This document shows, piece after piece, positions 1 to 10,686 of a DNA stretch of 64,000 nucleotides. Position numbers and translations under genes: made by a program. This DNA comes from Podarcis cretensis (taxonomy: Eukaryota). Each line of letters opens with the position of its first letter. Position 1 is the first letter of the stretch. The DNA lies in NCBI GenBank assembly GCA_951804945.1, contig OX638158.1:54498001-54562000 (forward strand). The letters are read 5' to 3'. Under the pieces are notes generated by a model. It was not told where the DNA came from. It searched no databases and saw only the letters and a list, made by a program, of their open reading frames with translations.

Positions 1-382
1 AGAATGAAAGTTGAAAATTTAATAAAGAGGAACAAGTGAAGAAAATAATGTGGCTACCCATACAATAATAATAATATTCAGTGTTTATTTCTATGTGCTC
101 AAAGTACTTTGCATGGATTATCTAATATTTACAATTTACTTCTCCTGTGGGTCACTTGTACCATCCCCATGTTACATAATGGAGCTTAAACTAAGATGTG
201 AGAGACTGCCTAATAACCCCTGGTTGAACGGGAAATCTCTGGTTCACAGCTTACTCTTTCAACCTAGTTCTTATATTTTGCATACCTCATTAGCTGTGTT
301 CACCTCAGAGATGAAGAAGGTATAGAAAAGGGAAATTAAAATTTCAAAGGTTATATATATATAGATTATCTTTCATCTAGAT

Positions 383-605
383 CCGTGGTTCCCAACGTGG
401 GGCACACGTCCCACGGGGATGTGTGTGTGATTTTTAAGGGGGGCAATTCAAGAATGAGTTTAGACCAAGTTAATGACCTTTTAGGCTTCCTCCACGTGAA
501 TAGGAGTTCACTTTTTGATAATAAGAATTATATGTCGGTGGGTGGGGATCAGGATTTTAGAGATGCTTAGGTGGGGCATGGTCAAAAAAGGGTTGGAAAC
601 TACTG
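383..605. mobile_element. non-autonomous hAT (Charlie-like) MITE
   Basis: TIRs c(c/a)gtggttcccaac ... gttggaaactactg. 8-bp TSD atctagat/atgtagat (NTCTAGAN-type target). Confidence 0.85.
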
Positions 606-1943
606 ATGTAGATATTTATGGGGGCGGCGGGAATGGGGCTTAGCACTCAGTAGGGAAAAGGGAAATGTGACAAATGGATTCCTCCTCAGTTCAAATCAGC
701 TCTGAGCCTACTGGGTACGGGATGTTTACTCTTGAAGGGCGTCCAGCATTATTATTTGCAACAAATAAAACCTATTTAAATGATTTGTAGACCTCTGTGT
801 CCCTTCACTTTTTGTGTTTGTTTTTTAAGTACTATCTTACATGAAGAGGTTGAATAGAAAAGTAGCCATTGTATGAGAGTCAAGTTCACAAATGTTAAAT
901 AGCTGGACACAGTGTGGCTTATTTTTCAGTAAGCATGCATAGGATTGTGCTGTTAATTTGTTTATATGTAAAATATTTTACTATTCAGATAATAGGCTTA
1001 TAGCAAGCTAGAAAAGAGAATGTTGCTGTTGCCGCTGCAGAGAGCAGCCACCCAGAGGATCCAACAGCTTCAATAAACATTTCTTTTTTTTTGTAACAAG
1101 AGTACCCAAAGTACTTGAAACACAAAAGCCTCTAAAACACTATCTCATGTACATTTCAGTTTTAAAACTATATTTTAATATTTCCGTTCTCTAATTAGAC
1201 TATCAACATGTTCATTCAGGCAGGGGGTTAATATTGCAAACAGGTTATTCATATATCACAATACAGGTCATTGGCAACAGGTTTCTTTTTAACTAATCAG
1301 TTTTTCCATGGAAAGGATTAAATCTCAGTTAAATTAAGGTGGGGAAGATGTAAGGTAGCTTTTTGATGCAAATATTGACAATGTTGTTTGGATACTGCAA
1401 AACCAACAACAATACTGCAAGGGACAATGAAACACCTGTCTGGAAGCACTCTTACTGTATTAAATAATGCTAAGTTAAAAATACAATACTGATGCATGAT
1501 ACTAATTTAATTTATAGCACAAACTGTAGCCAACCTTTGCATATTTTTAAAAAAGAAATGTTTCCTCATTGCTACTTTCATGTTTTGATGAGCAAGGGGT
1601 GCATAGGAATATTTCCATTACCAAACACTATATATCCATCCAGTCATGAGAGTTTGGGGCAAATGCACTGCAAAACATATGTTGTTTGTTATTGGTTTAC
1701 AGTTTTATAAATGAGTAATTTTTAAAAATTGACTAGTAAGAATTTTGCAGTCTCATTCTGTAAACAGCACTGTCTTACCTTACCATGTTTCAAAATAGAG
1801 TAAGAGAGTTCATTTATGCATAGACAGCCTTTCCCCAAAATCTCTGCTTGGGACGTTACTTTAGTCACTAGGGTACAAGTGACTATCTCTGTAGTAACAA
1901 CAAAATGTCACTGCTGCTGGACCATTGATAACACAAGGATCTG

Positions 1944-1966
1944 AATAATAATAATAATAATAATAA
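1944..1966. repeat. (AAT)n microsatellite
   Basis: Direct inspection. Confidence 0.95.
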
Positions 1967-3659
1967 ATCTAAAGCTTGGAATGTGAGATAATACGGCTTG
2001 GATCCTAAGCTCCCACAAGGAGCATAGGAATGTGAGAAAAGCCTCCAGGACAGTGTGAGGTGAGGCACTGCAGGCTCCTGTGGAAGAGAGGATTACCTAA
2101 ATTAATCTAGAGCCACATTGTGCCAGCACAGCTCCACTCATGAGAGGGTGGCCATTTTCCCTCTGCCCCCCCCCCATCCTACACTGTACTGGAGGATCCC
2201 CTAAGAGAGGGTTTCCAAGATGTTGGAAGGAGGAGAAGGAGACAGGGAGATTCCCTTCCACAAACTTTCTCCTCCTCAGGCTACTCGTCTTTGACCTGGT
2301 TAATAGGTTTGGTGAAGAAGAAAAACATCTGTCTCAAAACACAGTTCTATTAGTATTTAGGCAGAGCTGTGAGTCATTAAATTAATGCCTTGTTTGTCTT
2401 TGAGCTCCACTGAGCCACTGACCAGTTTGTCTGTAATGTTGCACAAACTGTTTGTGAACTCTGACCACTAAGAGTAACGGTTTAGCCATAACAATCAGTG
2501 CATGTTGTCAAGTAAAAGCTATGTTGGTTTGTGGGAGAACCTTCATACTAGGCCAACAGGGGGAAGGCCACAAGAGGGAGGCACTTGGGGTGGAAAGAAG
2601 GGAGAATGAAGTTCTGACTAGAAATCTTCCTTCTCCTCAGCAGAAGGACCAAAGTGCTGCATGTATACTTCAAAATGCCTTCCTGAAACAGCTAGGAGTC
2701 AAAACAACCCTTTTTTTTTTCATTTCCTTTGGGTGTGCTTATTATTTTGGTCACTCACTACTGCTGTTGAGGCCTTGATTGGCTCAGTTCTGAGTTTCCT
2801 TTCTCAGACCTCAACTTTGCTTCAGCCAGCCTCTCCTTTCCATTCTTTCGTTTTGTGGAAAGGAGACAAGGGAGAAAGTCCAGAGCCTAAGTTTCTGAAC
2901 TTGCAAGAGATAAGGTAGATTGCTATGTGTAGTCCACATAAAGGGAAACACAAGATTACCCATAGGAAATGAAAGAAAATGCTACAAGAAGCCAACTTTT
3001 CCTTGTGACGCTCACAACAAATGCCATTATTGAAGTAAGTATTCTAAGTAAATATTTTATAGCCTGCCATCATTCTGATGCTTGAGTCTCCTGGTGGGCA
3101 GTTCATGGAGACTGTCAGAAGCTTGGGAAGCCCAAACAGCATAGGATTAGCTGGATGGTAGGGAGAGAATGGATAAAGCAGGAGTTTAAGTGATATAGGA
3201 AACCCAAGAGGCTGAGAGATTAAAAGGAGGGAGAAGAGTGCTGAGGAAAGGAAGGAGTGGTGGAAGGGGCTGCAGATTAAGAGAAGGCAGGTGCAGGAAA
3301 GAAGGGGCTGATTGAAAGGATGGTGGCAATAAGAAAAAGGGTCAAGGAAGAACCTCACCAGAGCCTTGGAGGTGTGTACAATGTATAAAAAGTGTGATAC
3401 AGAATGTGGAATAACCCTATATGGTGAAACTCTTTAAGTGGTGTTTGGGGATGCATGTGTGGTGTTCCCTAAGGTTACCTCATTTGATTAACGATAAAGC
3501 ATATGGCAAAACACTTTCTGGGATTGGTGACTTAACATTGTGCCAGGTATGTTAGAACAATCTTGTGTAGATACCTGAAAAATGTATCCATAGGGATTTT
3601 GTTTCCTAACAAGCAAAAATAATGGATTCGCCGTTAACCCTCTGCTGACTGACAGCATC

Positions 3660-3880
3660 AGGCCTTCATAGCGCAGTGGCTAGAGTGTTAGACCTGTCCT
3701 ATTAGACTCAAGTTTCAAATCCCAGTTCTGTCACTGCTTGCTGTCTTTGGGAAAAATTATTCTCTCAGCTTCACTTCCACATAGACACAATGGAAAATGC
3801 AAGGAGAGCAAATGAGGTATGGGTTGCAGAACAATTCACAGATTCAAAAGCACTGTACAAATGTTGAATAATTACTACAT
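3660..3880 (+). mobile_element. decayed tRNA-derived CORE/MIR-like SINE
   Basis: A-box-like tagcgcagtgg, B-box-like gtttcaaatcc, core-like cccagttctgtcact...ttgggaaaaattattctctcagc, tail aaagcactgtacaaatgtt. Confidence 0.65.
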
Positions 3881-4599
3881 TATCTCAGTTTTAAAAATTG
3901 TGTTATTTGGCGAAGGATATGGCAACTGGTCATTAAATGAGTAACCCTAGAAATAACAGAGCAATTTCAGCGTACCCATTGCTCTGTTAAGTACTTGTGT
4001 GCCGCAGCCAAATCCCAGTGCACTCTTTTGAAACATTCCCCTTAATATTACTAAATGTGTTTTCTTTGTATTTAGGCTTTATCGCTGGGTGAATTTTTGT
4101 TTTGGTTTGTTAGTCTTTTCTAACATTTACCCAGGAGACAGAACTTAGCAGGTATTATAGTCTTTCACATAAATATATCCCTAGTTTTAAAAGTGCATTA
4201 TTTACTTGAAACACAAAAAAATGTATTACAATAAATACGTAAGTGGCCTGTTTTCTTTCCTGTTCTTCAGTACAAATCATATACCCAGTAGACTGAGTAG
4301 CTCAGCTAAACATTTGTTTAGGTAATTGTAAAAGCAAAACCATGCATTATGGAGCAAATACACTATGTACATAAATGCATATTCATAAATGATTGTGGAA
4401 TTTACCTCATAATAGGCACAGGTTTTAAATTGTGTTTGCACTCTGTTGTTGGGTATAAGACATTGATATGTTCCAGCCCTAAGAACAGAGGTGTGTTAAC
4501 CACTAAAGGATGGAATTAAAAATGGAAATGTTAACCCAATAATTGAAAAGAAAAAATAGCTTTTTGTCTGTCAGAACCCGACATAAGTTGTGCGTGAGA

Positions 4600-4960
4600 G
4601 AGATGTTTATTTAATGTATTTCTGTTTTATCTCCTCAGAGAAAACCTCACGGGTTGGCTAACAAAGTTCAAAACAAAATATTACATTAAATGCATAAAAA
4701 ACAGAATAAATGTCCAAAGGTCTTGGCTAGTTGTAATGAACTTAAGTTACAATAGGGTGTATTTTGGCTAACATGAGTCCTGCCTCCTGCCCCCGCAAAA
4801 AAAAATGATAATAGTTTGACAGTGGAGCCAATTACCTAGGGTTGTGTGAGAGAGGGTGGTCCTTAAGGTATCTTGGTCCTGAGCCACATAGAGCTTTAAA
4901 AGTCAAGATCATCATCTGCATTGATACCATAATTGGATTGGGAGCTAGAGCAGCTCTGTA
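4600..4960 (-). mobile_element. L2 LINE 3' fragment (decayed)
   Basis: The reverse strand reads like the L2 ORF2 C-terminus (..LTFKALCGSGPRYLKDH..), followed by a 3' UTR-like tail. Confidence 0.6.
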
Positions 4961-4991
4961 AGTAGCTAAGCTGCATCATAAGGACTTAACA

Positions 4992-5892
4992 CATTATCCT
5001 GTTTTGTCTTGTAAAATAGGTGGCAGTTCATGCTAGACCAAATATGTCTCCATTTGCAGAACCATTCATCCATAAACGTGGAGTGGTGGTATCAGCAGGA
5101 GGCCCGATTAGGCCGGCGGAGCCTCCCCGAGGCCTAGTAAGGCCCCCAAAACGCGGTAGGCCTCCCTGCGGCCTAAAAAAGGCCGCCTGGAGGCCACAAA
5201 GGCCCTGGGGGGTGGCCGGGGACCCCCTCCGCCTCCACCCACCACACCCCAGGGGCGCCAGGCCTGGCAGGGAAAGGGGAAGGGGCCGCGTGTGGCTTTG
5301 CCTCCCCCCCCCCGCGGCCCACACGCTCCCGCAGGCATGGGGGGGCAGCCAGAGGGGCCCCCATGCCATCGCCCAGCACCCAGGGAAAAGGATCCCCTTT
5401 TTAAAAAGGGGATCCTGGAATCCATTACCCCCCCTAGCCCTTGGAATCCAATCGCGGGGGGGGGGGGGGGAGGCCAAAGGCCCCAGGCTTACCTTTTGGA
5501 GCAAGGAAGTCCAGCGAGGTCCTTCCAGGAGAAGCTCTGGAGCCAAGTGAGGATTAACAATTAAGATCCACCCTCTATTGTGTGGGCAGGTAATCCCTCC
5601 CCCTACCTGGCCTGGTTTCCCTGGCAACGCTTCCCCCAGGTGGGATTGGACAACTCACTGGGGTAGGCGGGGACCTCCAGGTATCCCACCTGAGGGAAGG
5701 CAAAGCCTATGCTGATGGGGCCACTCCAGATCCAGGGCTGCACGCGTCCCCGCAAAGGGCGCCCCCCGTTTTAAGTGGGGAGCGGTCATTATCCTGTTTT
5801 GTCTTGTAAAATAGGTGGCAGTTCATGCTAGACCAAATATGTCTCCATTTGCAGAACCATTCATCCATAAATGTGGAGTGGTGGTATCAGCA
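4992..5892. repeat. 106-bp direct duplication (4992-5097, 5787-5892) flanking a 689-bp GC-rich insert
   Basis: The two copies are identical except for one C/T at a CpG (5077 vs 5872). The insert is 5098-5786. Confidence 0.95.
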
Positions 5893-6424
5893 ACTTTTGA
5901 AGGGGTGGTTGAAAAAATAATAATATGGTGGCTTACTTTTAATGTCAAGGTTGCCAAAGTGTGTTTTAGACAAAAAACAAGAAAAAGAAAAAGGTGGCAA
6001 GCTTTGCCATTTTTTCATATGGCAGCTTGACTATACTCACTGGCCCATCAGCATTCCCTCTGAAATTTTGGTCAGAAATCCCCATGGGAGTGATGCTGTG
6101 TCATGATGTGGTGTCATTTCCATACAGCATTTGCCCCCAAATTTCAAAGGTAAGCTGAAAGACTATAGAGGGCAGCCAAGCCTCTGTTTGAATGACTGGT
6201 TTCATTGTTTAGAAAGGGAAGAGGAACTTTGACCGCCCTCACCCAAATGCTCTTCAACTTCTCTGCACCTGGATATTGATCCAATAACCCCCAAATACTG
6301 TAAATCTTTGAACCAAATGTGTCAGGCCAGCAGCAGTACTAGTCCTTTGAAATCGGTAAACGTGATTTTGATAAAGCTACATACACTTGTCTGCACAGTA
6401 GTGCAGTAGCCAATTAGATGAATA

Positions 6425-6535
6425 AGGCTGTACCCACATGGCAGTTTATTCATTTATTCTTACATTTACCCGTTTACTTCCACATTATATTTGGGCTTTC
6501 ACATGATGTAGAAGCTACTTCTGGAAATCTAGTGG
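6425..6535 (+). mobile_element. single-arm fragment of the foldback MITE seen at 43939
   Basis: aggctgtacccacatggcag...ttccacattatatttgggctttcacatgatgtagaagctacttctggaaatctagtgg aligns by eye to 43939-44053. Confidence 0.7.
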
Positions 6536-6564
6536 CTTCCTGAAGCCAATCAGAAGATGTGCTT

Positions 6565-6636
6565 TGGTTTTCAAACGTTTTGGAAGTTGAACGGACTTCC
6601 GCAACGGATTCTGTTCGACTTGCAAGATACAACTGT
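6565..6636. mobile_element. Tc1/mariner (Tigger-like) MITE terminal fragment
   Basis: aacggacttccgcaacggatt..ttcgactt..agatacaactg|ta resembles the ...ggtaccactg|ta terminus of the 27068 family. Confidence 0.55.
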
Positions 6637-7044
6637 AGTCCTGAGCTTATATCCCTTATTTGTTCCTTAGCTTATGCTGAATAACACTCCTGTTAAGTTT
6701 TGATTTTCTCATACTATTCTCTTTTCCCTATCTTTTTATGCTTTTATTATTAGAATGTAAGCCTGTGGGCAGAGCCTTGTTAATTTTATCCTTCTTTCAG
6801 TGTCATTTTCAGCACTTTGTGGACAGATCTGCTGTTCTTTTTCTCATCCTGTGTACCCAATCAAGCATTAGTATACCCAGTGCTGTGGTAGAGGCACAGC
6901 TGGGGTGGTCATGAGCTAACCTTGGTATCCAACTCCAGTTTAGCTCCTAGTGCGGGTGCAATTGTTTTCGGTATCTTCCTCTGAAGTACTTAAAATGTGG
7001 GAGATGGTAGGCAGCCAGTTCTGGGTGGGGTTGCCTTCCTTTTG

Positions 7045-7302
7045 AAGAAACCAGGCAAAGGGCCTTCTCGGTAGTGGCGCCTGTCCTGTGGAACCTGCTC
7101 CCATCAGATGACAAGGAAATAACTATCTGATGTTTAGAAGACATCTGAAGGCAGCCCTGTTTAGGGAAGTTTTTAATGTTTGATGTTTTATTGTGTTTTT
7201 AATGTTCTGTTAGGAGACACGCAGAGTAGCTGGGAAAACCCAGCCAGATGGGCAGGGTATAAATAATAAATTGTTGTTGTTGTTGTTTTTATTTATTTTA
7301 TT
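7045..7302 (+). mobile_element. L2 LINE 3' end
   Basis: agggccttctcggtagtggcgcc..ctgtggaac (RAFSVVAP.LWN), then 3' UTR cccagccagatgggcagggtataaataataaa and a (TTG/TTA)n tail. Confidence 0.85.
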
Positions 7303-8708
7303 ATGCGTACTTTGGGGGTTCTGCTGAATCCAACTTCATCATTAGTGGGGGTGGACAGAATCTCAGTTTCTCTCAATTTCCCATTTTTCCAGTATTAAGT
7401 TTTGTTTTCCACATTTCCAAATAAGTTTGCGACTTATTTATTTTTAAAGTTATCCTGAAAATTCATCAGCATTCCTTCTAGAAAGCATATCCTGCCTTGA
7501 TTAAAACACATACCTTCTTTTATAATTTCTTGAGAAAGTGTAACTCTGTCCTGTTCAGCAAGGACAGGATCACCTTAGTAGAAGCGAGATCTGATTGGTT
7601 ACAACACTTCTGTTTTATTGCCTTTAGTTAGTGTCCCCTCCTTGCCTCTCATCCACTTTCCTTTTCTCTTCAACTTTCTTATTTTCATTGAGACACCTCT
7701 TAGGAAAGCACAAGCCACTGTCATCCTGACAAGGGTGTTACTCTGCTTTTGCAACACATTGGAGTAGGGTTGGGGTTGAAGGAACCCAGAGGTTCCTGAG
7801 TTCAAGGTCAGTTTGTCAACCACCACTTAGGAACCACTATATTGACAGACGGAAAGGTTGTATGAAACACTTAATCCGTGTCTTCTCTGTAGCCCAGCAG
7901 TAATAATGTGCTGACATGTTATAGGGGAAATCCAGCTTTTTGTTTCTCTTTGTTCATCCTATAACAGAACAGGTGATTCTTGCACTTCAACTTTCTCACT
8001 TCTTCCTGTTCCTCTTACTTCATGAATCTTGCCTTTTCCTAGCTCTCGCAAGAGCTAAATTCCAGCTATTTACATGTGAACATTTCCTCTTTCTGTTTCT
8101 CTCTCTCTTTCCATAGCTAAGCCAGGTCTTCAAGACTCTGTCTCCAGCCTCTTCCCCCTATCTTCACAGTAGTAACCATGGATATTCTCTATGCAGTGTA
8201 GTAGGGTGGGTAGCCTGTGTAATGTGTAACTATTAATCATTTTATTCCCCTTGTATTTCTAAATCAGCACTTCAAGCTACAGTGTTTTTCTTTCACTCCT
8301 TAAGCCTTTTTTTGAACAAAAATTCTAATTATAACAACTGTGTGATTATTGCTAAATACCCCCAAATTAGTTAAGGTACCAGTGGTGTTTTAGAAAATGT
8401 TAATCCGGCCAATTGCAATAAGGCCTATAAGCAAACAATTGTCTTCAGTTAAGATCACAAGAGAAGTATTGTTAATTCCCCCAAATTATCATTTCTGTGA
8501 TTACACATGTAAGGAAATCACATGTGTACTGGTGCACAAGCAGATTTGGCAACACTAAGGGCTATTACCAGAGTGTAACTACAACCTCACTTCTAGATAC
8601 ATTCCATTAGATACCGGAGCTATTCCAGTCTGATTGCCAATTTAGTAGTTTGAGGACAGAACTGGCTTTGCTTGTCCTGACTCCTGGTGGATCGTTTACA
8701 GTGGGAGA

Positions 8709-8710
<2 letters not shown>

Positions 8711-8739
<29 letters not shown>
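8711..8739. repeat. (GT)n microsatellite
   Basis: Direct inspection. Confidence 0.97.
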
Positions 8740-8741
<2 letters not shown>

Positions 8742-9274
8742 CACAGAAAGGAAGTCATGACCACTCTCCCTGTTCCATTTCCTCTTTCCTCGTTTCTCTC
8801 TATTCTTCATCTGTTTCTCTCCATGTCCTGCTGACCTGGCAGCAGCTGTTCTCCAGTGCTTTGAAGCAGCCCAAGTTGTTGTGTCCCCTCCTTTCCAGTG
8901 TTTTCCTCCTGGTATCCCAACAGCCTTTGGGGTGGCTTGTGGCTTTCAAGCATCCAAAGATGACATCAGCAGTGGGTGCTGAGAGCAACGGCAGCTCCAT
9001 ATCTGGTGGACGGGTCCACACACAACCTCACAGGTCCACCACCAGAGGCAGGTATGGACTGGTCAGGGGTTGGCAGTGGGCTCTCCTGAGGACACGAGCC
9101 ATTGGCTGTTGGTCCCATAGTCGACAGTGTTTCTGGTTGTTTCTGGAGGGCTGGTCTCAGAAAGTGGAGTTAGGTTACTGCTGCTTCATCCCTTGCCTTT
9201 TAATATATGTGAAGCTGCTAGAGTCTCTTGTCACCCATGCTGTGTTAATATCTTTGTGCTATTGTTGGTTGTGG

Positions 9275-9730
9275 ATCTGCAAGCTGAACCATTACCTGGA
9301 CAAAATATATCTAGTCATAGTTTCTCGTACCTTAGGGCCATCCAGATTGGATTATCCCTTTATGTGAGGTGCTAGGAAACTGCCATGAGTACAGATTGCT
9401 GTTGTCCGCTTACAGGACTAGATTCTCAGATCATATACCAGCATATATCAGCTGCTATCTAGTTTCCAGGACCAATTCAAAATGCCATTTCTGTTAGTTA
9501 AACCTTGAAGGGTCTGCAACTAGGGTATCTTAGGACCTACCTTTCTCCTTTATGAGTCTGTTGGTAAGTTTGGGTCACCTTCAGAGGCTGTGCTTTGTGT
9601 TCCCCATTCCTATCCTAAGGCGTAGTAAAGACCTTCTTTGTATTGCACCGAGATTATGCTACTTTCCTCCCTATGATTAGGAGGTTCATCTTGCTAATTT
9701 TCAGGCAGCTACTTAATATACTTGAGGCCT
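9275..9730 (+). mobile_element. L2 LINE ORF2 C-terminal fragment (highly decayed)
   Basis: KLNHYLDKIYLVIVSRTLGPSRLDY resembles the L2 motif L.PYL....L.TV.HALVTSRLDY. Downstream decayed ..QFK..L..K.L.GL...YL motif. Confidence 0.65.
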
Positions 9731-10551
9731 AGAAAATCTTTAAATTGTATTATTCTTTCTGCCCCCCCCTTCCCTACTACTGATTTTTACTGGCTAATGT
9801 TAAAATCTGAAATAGTTTGCACATGTCAGATGGTTCTTTGGGGTTTTTTTTACTGCAATTTTAATGTTTGTTGTATCCACCTTGTTTTGTTTTGTACAGA
9901 TTGTTTTGACACTAAGGTGGCTGTGCATCTATAATCAGCACTGGCAATTTAATTTAATGTATTGCCTGTATAGCCCACCTTTTTCTCCAAGAATCTCAAT
10001 GTGGTGGTCAAAATAAATGTCAACTCTGTGGCTTGTCCTAAGTTAAGTGTTTAAAAATCACAAAGATGTGAAACTCCCCTTCCCCGCTCCCCCCCCCCCA
10101 ACCCCTATGCTTGCCCAGAGATTATGATGGGACATGAAAACGCATTCACGTTATGAACAATATTTTCTTCTTATACTACTTTGAGGGGGTGGGGAGACAG
10201 TCTCATCTGTCTCCAGTTTGGTGTGTATCTGTGGAAAATATATATGGATATTATGTTCAAAAGTGGTATGGGACCGGAAACCACAGTCAAATTCAGACAC
10301 CTCTAATTTTCTGTAACACTTTTAGAGATGTTTGTTCTTATTAAATTATTGGTTTGTCTTGTCAATTTGGTTGCTTACTTTTCCATCCATCCCCCTCCTA
10401 TAGAATCACTGAAGTCCAGCCTCAACCCTCATCATAGGAGGCACAAGAGAGCGTTTTGGGAGGTGTTTCTATAAGGTTATATCTCCTTCACAGTTTCATA
10501 GATGCTATTGGGTAAATGTATTCTTTCTGAAATGTAAAAGTCCCTCTAGAG

Positions 10552-10686
10552 CAGGTGTGGGGAATCTGTCTTTCCAGTTAGTGTTGAACTACAACTCCCA
10601 TCATCCCTGACAATTGACCATTCTTGCCGTGGCTGGTGGGTGTTGTACTCAGAAACATCTAGAAGACCATAGATTCCCCACACCAG
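10552..10686. mobile_element. palindromic hAT MITE (URR1/MER5-like family)
   Basis: TIR caggtgtggggaatct ... agattccccacaccag. TSD ctctagag/ttctagag. Internal actacaactcccatcatccctga. Confidence 0.85.

Noticed and set aside
5020-5627. Overlapping ORFs of 176 aa (+) and 199 aa (-) in the GC-rich insert
   Set aside because: The P/G/R/A-rich translations are expected from stop-poor GC-rich DNA. There is no recognisable domain and no similarity to delta antigen or TE proteins that I can see.
4992-5892. TRIM/LTR retrotransposon or retrozyme reading of the 106-bp direct repeats
   Set aside because: The repeats lack TG...CA termini at their true boundaries, and there is no outer 4-6 bp TSD, no TGG-starting PBS and no hammerhead core. 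Only a weak purine tract (ttttaagtggggag) precedes the second copy.
8687-9367. 226-aa ORF
   Set aside because: It runs through a (GT)n microsatellite and ends in decayed L2 sequence. No splice or homology support.
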